Source: the human T2T-CHM13v2.0 reference genome, Homo sapiens. From it: a stretch of 64,000 nucleotides of DNA. The translations under genes were made by a program, and so were the position numbers. Positions within the stretch are counted from its first letter, which is position 1, and each line of letters starts with the position of its first letter. Below, one piece after another: positions 1-12,692 of this stretch. The notes below the pieces were generated by a model. That model ran no database searches, was not told the origin of the DNA, and saw only the letters and a list, made by a program, of their open reading frames with translations. The stretch lies in assembly GCF_009914755.1 (NCBI RefSeq), contig NC_060940.1. One strand, given 5' to 3'.

Positions 1-39
1 TTCAGTTTTGTACGTTTGTTGTTAATGGGGTCAGGATAG

Positions 40-262
<223 letters not shown>

Positions 263-1324
263 GGTCAGGATAGTATCACAGTTTACTCATTTTTTGCATT
301 CCCTTGCCGAGTAGCTGCTTTTCTCTATAAAATCCATTAACTGAGATAACAAATCACCTTTTGTTACTGGTGAACAATTAGTTTGGCATATATTTATGTA
401 CTGGAATATAATGCAGCTTGAAATCAAGGCATGCCTCACTCATAAAAAAGCGTGGCTAAATTCTCAAGTTATTGTGCAGAGTGAAAGAAGCTAAGGAATT
501 AAGAGTAAATTTTATATAATTCATATGTAGAAACTTTAGAAGATGCCACTATTAAAAATTAACATGAATAACATTTAAATTTTTCTGAGAATATGGTTTT
601 GTGAATAATGAGGATGTGAGTTAAATTTGAGAGGAATAAGAAAAGATTTAGGGATTAATTATTCAAGACGATTGAAGTGCTGAGTGAATGGTTGCAAACA
701 TAGGTCTACATTTTTCAAATCATTCACTATAAATTTGAATTAACTATTTATTTATTATACTTGAATAAATCAATAACATAAATAAATGAATATTTTTGTT
801 AAAATGGAGCAATAAAAAGACTGATATTGGCAGAAGAAACATGACTGACTTCTGAAAATACACACACATGAACCTTGGTTCTCTCTGCATATTTGGGTAA
901 ATTACAGAAAGTTGTCATAACAGATAGGGAATCCTGCAGACTTCACTAGGCATGGGCCACACTGCCCTGGAGTTGTCTCAGGGGAGCTGCCTCCTCCAGT
1001 GTTTAGAGCACAGGCCCAGATAATAGGACTAAATTTGTTTAGATGTATAAACTTAGATGCACTGCACAACTGCTGTATTCTCTATGTAAATTATATTCTG
1101 TAAAATATAACATTGAAAGCTGCATTAAATATATTGTGTAAATATGTAAAAATAAAATCAGATTATGAGAGCTAAATGTTAATCAAGGCACAATCACATA
1201 ATATAAAATTATATTTTCCTGAATGATGGAATTACTACCAATCTCCCCCAAGACACTTCATCTGCACGGAGCCTGGCCCTCTCTTCAGATGTCCCACCCC
1301 AGAGCTTGCTATATAGTGGGGGAC

Positions 1325-1332
1325 ATGGAAAT
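1325..1332 (+). promoter_or_regulatory. VH promoter octamer, mutated (ATGGAAAT instead of ATGCAAAT)
   Basis: Occupies the position of the intact octamers at 25716, 44010 and 58099 in the same VH3 promoter context (gcttgctatatagt...octamer...aggg..ccct). Confidence 0.85.
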
Positions 1333-1457
1333 AGGGGCCTCCCTCTGCTGATGAAAACCAGCCCAGCCCTGACCCTGCAGCTCTGGGAGAGGAGCCCCAG
1401 CACTGGGATTCCGAGGCTTTCCATTCGGTGATCAGCACTGAACACAGAGGACTCACC

Positions 1458-1911
1458 ATGGAGTTTGAGCTCAGCTGGGTTTTCCTTGTTGCTATTTTAC
1501 AAGGTGATTCATGGAGAACTAAAGAGATTGAGTGTGAGTGAACATGAGTGAGAGAAACACTGGATATGTGTGGGAGTTTCTGACCAGTGTCTCTGTGTTT
1601 GCAGGTGTCCACTGTGAGGTGCAGCTGGTAGAGTCTGGGAGAGGCTTGGCCCAGCCTGGGGGGTACCTAAAACTCTCCGGTGCAGCCTCTGGATTCACCG
1701 TCGGTAGCTGGTACATGAGCTGGATCCACCAGGCTCCAGGGAAGGGTCTGGAGTGGGTCTCATACATTAGTAGTAGTGGTTGTAGCACAAACTACGCAGA
1801 CTCTGTGAAGGGCAGATTCACCATCTCCACAGACAACTCAAAGAACACGCTCTACCTGCAAATGAACAGCCTGAGAGTGGAGGACACGGCCGTGTATTAC
1901 TGTGCAAGAGA
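1458..1911 (+). CDS. IGHV3OR16-12: IGHV3-family orphon V gene segment, ORF but non-canonical (IGHV3/OR16-12 type); leader exon 1458-1503, intron 1504-1604, V exon 1605-1911
   Basis: Leader [19 protein letters not shown] intron, then [66 protein letters not shown]...YYCAR. Conserved Cys23 is Gly. Peptide matches recalled OR16-12. Confidence 0.9.
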
Positions 1912-1950
1912 CACAGTGAGGGGAGGTCATTGTGCGCCCAGACACAAATC
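1912..1950 (+). other. 23-RSS (CACAGTG-23-ACACAAATC)
   Basis: Heptamer 1912-1918, 23-nt spacer, nonamer 1942-1950, directly after the V exon. Confidence 0.93.
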
Positions 1951-2222
1951 TCCCTGCAGGAACACAGGGTGGAATCAGCTGCAGGGGGCGCTCAGGAGCC
2001 ACTAATCAGAGTCAGCCCCGGAGGCAGGTGCAGATGGAGGCTGATTTCCTGTCAGGATGTGGGACTTTCTCTACTTCTTAGTTTCGCCAGGGAACCTCTC
2101 TAAGTTTAGAATTCTTTGCCTAACAATGTCTTCGCTAAGTATTTGAAGGAGATTATTTTAATATGAAGAGCTATTTTCACATGCACAAAATGCAGATTGA
2201 TGCTTACAGGGATGAAAAGTCC

Positions 2223-2618
2223 ATCAATGATAGACTGGATTAAGAAAATGTGGCACATATACACCATGGAATACTATGCAGTCATAAAAATTGATGAGTT
2301 CGTGTCCTTTGTAGGGACATGGATAAAGCTGGAAACCATCATTCTCAGCAAACTATCACAAGGACAAAAAACCAAACACCGCATGTTCTCACTCACAGGT
2401 AGGAATTGAACAATGAGAACACATGGACACAGGAAGGGGAACACACACCAGGGCCTGTTGTGGGGTGTGGGGAGAGGGGAGGGATAGCGTTAGGAGATAT
2501 ACCTAATGTAAATGATGAGTTAATGGGTGCAGCACACCAACATGGCACATGTATACATATGTAACAAACCTGCACATTGTGCACATGTACACTAGAACTT
2601 AAAGTATAATAAAATATA

Positions 2619-2652
<34 letters not shown>
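2223..2652 (+). mobile_element. 5'-truncated L1PA 3' end, tail decayed to (TA)n
   Basis: ORF2 C-terminus (IDWIKKMWHIYTMEYYA...HRMFSL) and L1PA 3'UTR to aaagtataataaaa. Short TSD aaagtcc at 2216-2222 and 2653-2659. Confidence 0.92.
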
Positions 2653-2658
<6 letters not shown>

Positions 2659-3367
2659 CTCAAACATGGTCACCACGATCAGAGCCCTGAGTAAGCTCAG
2701 GGTTTCCTGATGAGTCTTCTCCAATCAGACCCAGGACAGGGACCTCAGTGAGCCTCCATGACTGGAACAGTCTTTACAGATCCTGATCACAGACGATAGA
2801 GGCTGGGCCAGGGTCAGTGTCATGTAGAACCTCACAGGTTTCACGTCTGATCCTTCTTCTGACACTAAATATGCAAATCAGCATCAACACTGATCTGGTG
2901 CTTCTTTTGTTCCTAATCCATTTACTTCCTTTTTCAGTCGTTGTTCTCATTTTTCCGTTTGCTTTTCCTGCTTTCTGGAAAAGGAAGATGTTTCCCTGTG
3001 GTCAAAATTCCAGGCCTCAAGCCCTTTCCTGGCGCTCAGGTGGGTCTCAGGCTGTGGCTGCTGCAGTCACGCGGGAGAGGCTGGTGGGACTTTCTTCACT
3101 CCTCGTCACTCAGGACCCTCCACTGTGTTGCATGGAGACTTATCTGGAAATGCAAGTTGCCGGTGGGAACTGAAGGGGCCAAGCTTGTTTGGTTAATGTG
3201 GGATGTGGATGTGGAGCTAATCCTGTTCTCAGAAACCTTCACAGAGTAACTTTCTTCACTAGCGGTGTGAGGAAGAGGGTGTGAAAGTTGTCAGAATCAA
3301 AATAGAACAACTTGAGTTATAAACTTTACAGGTGAAGCTGGAGAAGGTCATGAACAGAGGGTTCTCA

Positions 3368-3891
<524 letters not shown>

Positions 3892-4439
3892 TCATGTAAG
3901 CCTCCTCATTTATCCTTTAAAACACTTGTCTTCCTCTATCTACCTAAATGTGCCCATGCATATTCCCATTACAATGCTCATTTTCAACTAAATATTATTT
4001 GATTTTGGAGAATCTCTTTCTCTCTGATATTCAGGTGTGACAAGGTGCAGAGGGACATGCCACTTTCCTGTGAGATGTAGGGGATGACAATTTTGGGGGA
4101 TGGCTGGAAACCTCCAATATCCTCAGGGCTGGCCATCAGTAAGTGCAGGCTGGAAGTCTCAGAAAGAGCTGAAGCTGCTTAATCACCCTGGAGTTTTACC
4201 TTCTCCAGATCTGCTCTGTTGGATTCAGGGCTAAGCTGGTTATCCATGATAATCTACCTAACATAGAGTCAACTGGTTACAGTTTTAATAATGTCTATTG
4301 AAAAATTCACACCACCACCCGGATTAGTGTTTTGTCAAATCAATACAAATTATTGTCCAGCCAAGTACACCATATGACAGATCATTAGCCATGGAGGAAA
4401 ACATTTAACCTGAGTTCTAGGTTCTTATACTGTTAAAGG

Positions 4440-5810
4440 TGTAAAACCAATTATTTTAAAATCAGGCTATTTTTATTTTTGCTATTGAGTTATGGAAGTT
4501 TTATTTATATATTGGATATAAACACTTTTTCAGATACATGGTATATTATCCAATTCTGTAAGTTGGAATTATTTCGTTGCTTTGCAGAATCTTTTGTAAA
4601 TTCTGGTCCCACTTGTTCAATTCTGCTTTTTTTGTACGTGCTTTGAATGTAAAATCCAGAAAAAGATTGCTAATTTTTTCAGGGGTGGGAGTTTTATAAT
4701 TACACATATTACATTTAAATATTTAATGCATTTAGAGTTAATTTTTGTGTTTATTCTATCCTAAAATTCTTAATTCTTTGCATGTGAAAATCCAGTTTTC
4801 ATAACATGCTCTTTGGAAGACACTATAATTTAGACATTGTATATCACTGGTTCTCATGCTGAAAATCAGCTGGCCATCAATATGTGGGTTTATATCTAAG
4901 CTCTCTGTATGCATTTATGCCAATACCATTCTGATTTATTACTCTATGTTTATAATAAATTTTCAGGCCTGGAAGTGTAATACCTCAAGCTTTATTCTTG
5001 CCTTGTTTCAGATATTAGACCAAAATATTCTAACCTTTTACTATTGAGTATAACAATAGCTGTGACTTTTCTTAATGGCTTTTATTATGTACAAGTTGTT
5101 TTGCTGTCTTCCTACTTTGTTCAGAGTTTTTATAATGAAACCCTGAATTTTTTCAAATGTTTTTTCTATGTCTGTTGAAATGCTATTGAGATATTTTTTC
5201 TTTAGTTTTTTAATGTGGTGTACCAAATTGATTGATTTGAGGAGACTGAATCATCTGTGCAACTCAGAATAAATTTGAGTTGATCATGGTGTATGGTTTT
5301 TAAAAAAACTTTAGAACTTAGTTTACTAAATTTGGAGTGGTTAATTTTTGTCTACCAATGATATTGATCTATAATTTTATTTTATTGTGGTGCCTTTGTC
5401 TATTAATGGTAATATTACTGGTAATAGTGTAATGGTAGCCTCAGAAATAGTTTGGAAGGTTGACTTTTCACAAATTTTTGAAAGAGAGAATGGTTAGCAT
5501 TACTTCTTTAAATGTTAATGCTCATTTTATGATGTAACATATAACCTATCATGGAGAATGTTCAATCTGTGCTCGAGAAGAACGTGTATTACATGGCTCT
5601 TGGTTCGAAGGTTCTATAACTGTCTTTCAGGTGAATTTGTCCAATAGTGTTGTTCAAATTCAGAGGCTTAAGAATTTTCTTTCTGGATTTGCTAAACATT
5701 ATTGTAAGTGAGGTATTAAGGTCTTCTCTTATGTTTATATTGTTTTCTATTTCTCTCTTTATATCTCTTAAAGTTTGCTTAATGCAGTTGTATTTGAATT
5801 TGTACACATG
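4440..5810 (-). mobile_element. Old L1 (L1M-type) ORF2 fragments
   Basis: AT-rich. Minus-strand peptides resemble ORF2 (ISTDIEKTFEKIQ; EDLNTSLTIM...LKDSYRTF). Confidence 0.7.
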
Positions 5811-5904
5811 TGTGAAAAATAATAATTGCTAAGTGAGTTTCATGGTACAGTCACATTATAAGTAATCATATTTTCCAAGTGCTACTGTTGCCAATGAACT
5901 CCTC

Positions 5905-6118
5905 CAGGTGTCTCACATCTGCTCTGGGCTCTGCCCTCTCCTCAGGCATCCCACATCACAGCTTGCTACAGAAGAGAAGGCAGGAAAACAGGGCCCTCTC
6001 TCTCCGAGTGAAAATAAGCACAGACCTGACCCTGCAGCTCTGAGAGAAGACCCACAGCCCTGGGATTCCCAGGGGTTTCCATCTGGTAATCAGGACTGAA
6101 CACAGAAGACTCAGTATG
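5905..6118 (+). pseudogene. VH3-type promoter/5'UTR remnant ending at its ATG (no leader or V exon follows)
   Basis: Colinear with the VH3 promoters at 1250-1460 and 25640-25852 (gaccctgcagctctgagagaagac...caggactgaacacagaagactcagtATG). Octamer position reads AGGAAAAC (5982-5989). Confidence 0.8.
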
Positions 6119-6392
6119 GGAGAAATACACGAAATATTTGTTCTCAGACATGAGACACCCACAGAGGGCCCCCTGTGTCCTTCCCTGAGAACTGATCAGC
6201 TCTTGCATCTGAAGAAATGACCAAAGACCAGGAGAGAACCATACAGAAGCATCGGAGGGACAGCACCTGGGGCTCTCATGGGGTCAGGAATAGCGTCTGT
6301 TCCCAATAGATGGACTAAGTAAAAAGTATCATAATTCTCAAGGGTTTAACATAGCACAGAAGAAAAAGTTACCCTATACCAACTGTTGATCT

Positions 6393-6823
6393 TGTGAGCC
6401 CAGGAACTCTGAGACAGATCTCAGTTAATTTAGAAAGTTTTCTTTGCCAGGGTTGAGGACACACCTGTGACACAGCCTCAGGAAGTCCTGATGACATGTG
6501 CCCCAGGTGGTTGGGCACAGCTGGATTTGCACATTTCAGGGAGACATGAGACATCAATCAATATAAGTAAGAAGGACATTAGTTCCATCCAGAAAGGCTG
6601 AGACAACTCAAAACAAGTCCTCCCCACTCAGGGCTTCCAGGTCACAGGTAGGTGACAGACAGATGGTTGCATTCTTTTCAGTTTCTGATAAGTGTTTGCA
6701 AAGGAGGCCATGAGAATATGCATCTATCTCTGTGACCAGAGGGACAACTTTTAATAGACTGGAAGGCAGATTTGCCCTGAGTGGTTCCCAGCTTGACGGG
6801 GCCCAAGATATTTTCCTTTCACA
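6393..6823 (-). mobile_element. MER4A-type solo LTR (ERV1)
   Basis: TGTGA...TCACA termini, gacacagcctcaggaagtcctgatgacatgtgccc motif, 4-bp TSD ATCT (6389-6392 / 6824-6827). Confidence 0.85.
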
Positions 6824-7426
6824 ATCTGGTAACTTCAAACAAAACTTCAAAGCCACAACAAAATGAAACAACAACAAAAAGAATAAGACATGGGTACTTA
6901 TTAAGAGTAGAAAAATATTCAATCCCCAAGGAAAATATTGGCAGTATCTACCTCCACGTGACGAAGGAGTAAGCAATGTGAGCCACAGAAAGGAGCACTA
7001 TTAACCCACAGAGTGACCGAGAATAACATGGGTGATGCGAGGGCATTGAACACACATCATTGTATTTTGTAGATTCAGAAAGCAACAGAAAAGATTGACA
7101 GTGGTAAAAGAGACAGAGCCCTGCTTCCCTCTCCCTTTTCCCTTCCCGATGAGCCCTCACAGCCATGACCCTCAGCCTCATCCTGCAGTGCAGCAGCTGC
7201 CATCCTGTCCAGGCCCGCCCCCTGCCCCGCCCTGGGACTGTTACCTTATTCTCTCCCGGAGTCCAGGTGCCCCAGCGTGTGGTGTGGGAGCCTGGGGAGG
7301 CCCTTTGTTCTCTGTCAGGGTCTCCCTGGGAGGGACGCAGCCACCGCAGCTGGTTGGGGCCTGGCTTTGCCGAGGACAGTCCTTTCCTTTCCCATTGTCT
7401 TTGGATGACTATCCCTGGGCTGGGAC

Positions 7427-8467
7427 ATGAGGCAGGCAGAGGCGCGGGTCACCCTTAGGGCCCCCCTCTTGCTGCTGGGGCTCTGGGTGCTCCTGACTCC
7501 AGTCCGGTGTTCTCAAGGCCATCCCTCGTGGCACTACGCATCCTCCAAGGTGGTGATTCCCAGGAAGGAGACGCACCACGGCAAAGACCTTCAGTTTCTG
7601 GGCTGGCTGTCCTACAGCCTGCATTTTGGGGGTCAAAGACACATCATTCACATGCGGAGGAAACACCTTCTTTGGCCCAGACATCTGCTGGTGACAACTC
7701 AGGATGACCAAGGAGCCTTGCAGATGGATGACCCCTACATCCCTCCAGACTGCTACTATCTCAGCTACCTGGAGGAGGTTCCTCTGTCCATGGTCACCGT
7801 GGACATGTGCTGTGGGGGCCTCAGAGGCATCATGAAGCTGGACGACCTTGCCTATGAAATCAAACCCCTCCAGGATTCCCGCAGGCTTGAACATGTTTCT
7901 CAGATAGTGGCCGAGCCCAACGCAACGGGGCCCACATTTAGAGATGGTGACAATGAGGAGACAAACCCCCTGTTCTCTGAAGCAAATGACAGCATGAATC
8001 CCAGGATATCTAATTGGCTGTATAGTTCTCATAGAGGCAATATAAAAGGCCACGTTCAATGTTCCAATTCATATTGTCGTGTAGATGACAATATTACAAC
8101 TTGTTCCAAGGAGGTGGTCCAGATGTTCAGTCTCAGTGACAGCATTGTTCAAAATATTGATCTGCGGTACTATATTTATCTTTTGACCATATATAATAAT
8201 TGTGACCCAGCCCCTGTGAATGACTATCGAGTTCAGAGTGCAATGTTTACCTATTTTAGAACAACCTTTTTTGATACTTTTCGTGTTCATTCACCCACAC
8301 TACTTATTAAAGAGGCACCACATGAATGTAACTATGAACCACAAAGGTATAGCTTCTGTACACATTTAGGCCTATTACACATTGGTACTCTAGGCAGACA
8401 TTATTTATTAGTAGCCGTCATAACAACCCAGACACTGATGAGAAGTACTGGTGAGAAGTACTGGTGA
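7427..8467 (+). CDS. Residual 346-aa open ORF of the ADAM6-like gene (signal + prodomain + most of MP-like domain); translation unproven
   Basis: Uninterrupted from gacATGa to the TGA created by the 13-bp duplication. Confidence 0.4.
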   Translation: MRQAEARVTLRAPLLLLGLWVLLTPVRCSQGHPSWHYASSKVVIPRKETHHGKDLQFLGWLSYSLHFGGQRHIIHMRRKHLLWPRHLLVTTQDDQGALQMDDPYIPPDCYYLSYLEEVPLSMVTVDMCCGGLRGIMKLDDLAYEIKPLQDSRRLEHVSQIVAEPNATGPTFRDGDNEETNPLFSEANDSMNPRISNWLYSSHRGNIKGHVQCSNSYCRVDDNITTCSKEVVQMFSLSDSIVQNIDLRYYIYLLTIYNNCDPAPVNDYRVQSAMFTYFRTTFFDTFRVHSPTLLIKEAPHECNYEPQRYSFCTHLGLLHIGTLGRHYLLVAVITTQTLMRSTGEKYW

Positions 8468-9626
8468 TGATAACTACTGCACATGTCAGAAAAGGGCCTT
8501 CTGCATTATGCAGCAATATCCTGGGATGACAGATGCGTTCAGTAACTGTTCTTATGGACATGCACAAAATTGTTTTGTACATTCAGCCCGGTGTGTTTTC
8601 GAAACACTTGCTCCTGTGTATAATGAAACCATGACAATGGTTCGCTGTGGAAACCTCATAGCGGATGGGAGGGAGGAATGTGACTGTGGCTCCTTCAAGT
8701 AGTGTTATGCCAGTTATTGCTGCCGAAGTGACTGTCGCTTAACACCGGGGAGCATCTGTCATATAGGAGAGTGCTGTACAAACTGCAGCTACTCCCCACC
8801 AGGGACTCTCTGCAGACCTATCCAAAATATATGTGACCTTCCAGAGTACTGTCACGGGACCACCGTGACATGCCCCGCAAACTTTTATATGCAAGATGGA
8901 ACCCCGTGCACTGAAGAAGGCTACTGCTATCATGGGAACTGCACTGACCGCAATGTGCTCTGCAAGGTAATCTTTGGTGTCAGTGCTGAGGAGGCTCCTG
9001 AGGTCTGCTATGACATAAATCTTGAAAGTTACCGATTTGGACATTGTACTTGACGACAAACAGCTCTCAACAACCAGGCTTGTGCAGGAATAGATAAGTT
9101 TTGTGGAAGACTGCAGTGTACCAGTGTGACCCATCTTCCCCGGCTGCAGGAACATGTTTCATTCCATCACTCAGTGACAGGAGGATTTCAGTGTTTTGGA
9201 CTGGATGACCACCGTGCAACAGACACAACTGATGTTGGGTGTGTGATAGATGGCACTCCTTGTGTTCATGGAAACTTCTGTAATAACACCAGGTGCAATG
9301 CGACTATCACTTCACTGGGCTACGACTGTCGCCCTGAGAAGTGCAGTCATAGAGGGGTGTGCAACAACAGAAGGAACTGCCATTGCCATATAGGCTGGGA
9401 TCCTCCACTGTGCCTAAGAAGAGGTGCTGGTGGGAGTGTCGACAGCGGGCCACCTCCAAAAATAACACGTTCGGTCAAACAAAGCCAACAATCAGTGATG
9501 TATCTGAGAGTGGTCTTTGGTCGTATTTACACCTTCATAATTGCACTGCTCTTTGGGATGGCCACAAATGTGTGAACTATCAGGACCACCACTGTTAAGG
9601 GATGGACAGTTACTAACCCTGAATAA
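7427..9626 (+). pseudogene. Intronless ADAM6-like (tMDC IV) disintegrin/metalloprotease-like pseudogene, paralog of the IGH-linked ADAM6
   Basis: Signal peptide, prodomain (IPPDCYY...DMCCGGLRGIMKLDDLAYEIKPL), non-catalytic MP domain, disintegrin (CGNLIADGREECDCGS; CRPIQNICDLPEYC), Cys-rich and EGF domains (CSHRGVCNNRRNCHCHIGWDPPLC), TM segment. Lesions: frameshift at a 13-bp tandem duplication (8439-8464) and in-frame stops at 8700-8702, 9051-9053 and 9573-9575. Ancestral stop 9624-9626. AATAAA at 9833-9838. GC boxes at ~7211-7231. Confidence 0.92.
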
Positions 9627-12535
9627 GACTAATTCAGCCTCCTGATCCCTGTAAAGATACAGAGACTATAACAGCAAAATCTATGGAACAGCATCAAAGG
9701 AAGGGATGGCAAAGCTCAAGTCCACATTTCTTGAAGTCCACAGGAGGCACAGGGTCCTGTCTCACATCATGGGGGAAACGGGAGGTACTGGCTTCTGTCC
9801 AGGTTCTTGTAGGTCACTGATGCTCGCTCTGAAATAAATCTTCAAAAACACATTTTGGTGCCTTCCACATTTTCTTAGACTCCCCTGGGATCCCAAACTT
9901 GGCCAGAACCTCTGGCCTGGAGAGACCTGAGTGAGCATCTGGCTCTTGATCTGAGGTTGCTGGTCCCAGAATTAATGGAAGTTGCCACCAGCTCCTTACA
10001 GGGCACATTCATGACATTTCTCTAGAAGAGAACTCCAGAGCAATGAGCTTCCTCATTCCCCAGGTAGTCTGTCCTTCTCTAAACCCGAAGTCAGTTTAGG
10101 GTGATCCAGGGCTACTCCCTGTTCCCTGTCTGTTCCTCACGGGGGTGCTGTGGGCTTTGCAGTGAGAGGAACTTGGGTTCAAATACCCCACCAAGCAAAT
10201 CCCCCTACCTGGGGCCAAGCTTCCCGTATGTGGGAAAATGAATCCCTGAAGTTGATTGCTGCATGCAATGAAATTCAACTAGAAAAATAGGTAGATGTGC
10301 GGGGCAAGCTCTCTGGCATTTAGTGTGAGCTCCGTGAGTGGCAGCTGCCCCCTTCCTTCCTGCCCCCACAATTCCTTGAACTGAAATGGGAAGGAAAGCT
10401 GAGTAAGTCGTGATGAGGAAGAGAAACCAGGCTTGTAGCAGCACAGGCTGGTCCAGGTGTAAAACAGGGCTAGGTGTGTCGCTGAGTTATTGTAAAGGAA
10501 AATGGAAGTTAAATGTATAAATAACCGAATGAGATAACATTTTATTTTAAATTAAAATTCACAATAATATTGACTTTTAAAATGCAGTGTAGGTATGTCA
10601 CAGAGAATTTCAAAGGCAAAGCCCACCAACGGAAGAAATCACCCTTCTCATACCATCCACAGAAAACCGCTCATATTCTAGGGTAGTACTGAGATCTAGC
10701 ATTTTTCTGAATACATCTGTGGTTCTAGATGTTCTGCTTCCATAGATATTGTTTAGAATTCCCACCCCTTTCTCCAAACACAGCTTGATATCCTTTCTCT
10801 GAACCTGCTTAGAAATTTCCTCCATTCAGCTGTCATAAAGATGTGAGCAATCCATTCCTGTGCCTCTCTCAGTGTATTCTATTATTTTGTGGGTGAACGC
10901 TAATGGACAGTGAGTGTGAGTTCAGTGAATACAGCCCTCCACCTGTGTGTCCTTCGGGTGTGAGGGGTTTTGCTGATAGAGCAGCAGGCCCCGTCCCACC
11001 CTTTATGCATCTCTGCCCCCCACCTCGTGCTCCAGCTGACCTCTCCCCTGTGGCATGGGGGGTTCCCTGGGGGAATGACCTCCCCTCTCTCCAGGGCCCA
11101 CCCACTCAGTGCCCATGCAAGACCACCGTGCTTGGCACAGCCCCACCTTGTGTCAGGGCCTGTGTCTCCTGCCCCACCCCCTAAACAGATGGGAACCGCT
11201 GAGACACTGCTCAGGGCAGGGGGCGGAGGTATGTGCAGAAGGAAGGCAAATGTGCACTCTGTTGGAGAAATATTATAGGTAGTTTGAGCAAAAAATCTAA
11301 TGCCATGTGAACTTTTAGAATGATACATATTTTAACAAAGATTGCGACCAATAGAGTTCATATTGAAGTCAGGTAAACACTATTTAGAGCAACAACAATA
11401 TCAAAAACACAAGCCAACAGTTCACCAAGAGAAACCACCATTAACCCCATGGAAATGGTCTTTCAAGAACATCAGCACTTAAATCCTCCAAATCTGCCTG
11501 CCTCAGCACCTGTTGTCTTGAACTGTCCTTCTGTGTGTTCTAATCACTCCTAAACATGGGGCCTGCACTGTGGGAGATCCAAGCTGTGCCAGGTGGAGGG
11601 AGCAGGACAACTGTTACCAGGTTGTTTGTGTGGATGCCGAGGCCACCCGAGCAGGTGTAAACTCCCACCTGTGGGCCAGAGAAGAGAGCACAGGAGACAT
11701 GTCCTGGGCATAGGGTGAGGGAGAGCTGTGGGGGCTCTGGGTTCTGAGGAGGGTTCTGGCCTGGCAGGGACAAGACCAACCAGCACGTGAGGCCAGGCTG
11801 GAGTCTGGACCTCTGAGGCTGCAAGGGTCATGGGCTGCTTGGCCCAAGGGGCTGTCCTGGTTCTCTAAGGAGTAATTTCAAACATTCCTTCTTCCTCCCA
11901 TCCCTCTCCTTCTCTCTTTCTGGGGTGGGTCCACTCCCAGAGCCTGCAACTCCCAAATCCTCTTTGATGGGTCCTCGGCTTCACTCTGCATCCGTCCTGA
12001 GCATCGATCTTCCAATTCCATCCTCTTCTCCTCTGCTGTGTCTAAGCTGCTGTGAAGCCACCTGCTGTAATTTACTGTTTTATATTTAATATTGTAGCAT
12101 ACATCTGTTCTGTTTCCTTCATCATAAATGCTTCATTTCATGCTCAGCATCTGAGAACACAAGGCCTTGTCAGCTGTCACCTCCTTCCATTCTCTGTTTC
12201 CTTCCTCCTATCCCCATGTTTGCTCATCATGTCCAGTCTCCTGCCATCCTGAACGCTTCTGATGGAAGGTCCGAGATGTCTCATGAGCATTGTGAAAATT
12301 CTTTGTAATGTGACATTGTTCCAGGCAGGAATTCTCCCTCACCCACCCCGGAAGTCAAGTATAGGCAGATTGCCATGCTCAATCAAAGGCTGAGCTAACT
12401 TAACAGTGGCTTTGGTTTTAAGGTTTGTCCAATCCCCAGGGCACAGGATTTCAGGAAGTTCAGGTGACAGTCTGGGTGTTACCCTTCAGGAGGTTGTAAA
12501 GTCCATTTCACCTAGTCTATACCACAGACTATGGA

Positions 12536-12537
<2 letters not shown>

Positions 12538-12575
<38 letters not shown>

Positions 12576-12657
12576 CTGTCCCTCTAGAGAACCCTAATAT
12601 GTATATATAATATATATAACATGCCCTGTCATTAAGATCAATGGGAAACTACAACAG

Positions 12658-12692
<35 letters not shown>

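Noticed and set aside
1538-2005. ORF-track N- and C-termini of V genes (also 43412-43777, 57421-57855)
   Set aside because: They start inside the leader intron and read through the RSS. True structures are the two-exon models given.
7409-8059. 216-aa antisense ORF over the ADAM gene (also 8739-9155)
   Set aside because: Shadow ORFs of a coding-derived sequence with no independent features.
8420-8470. Active zinc metalloprotease
   Set aside because: No HExxHxxGxxH motif. The region reads TQTLMRSTG and is frameshifted.
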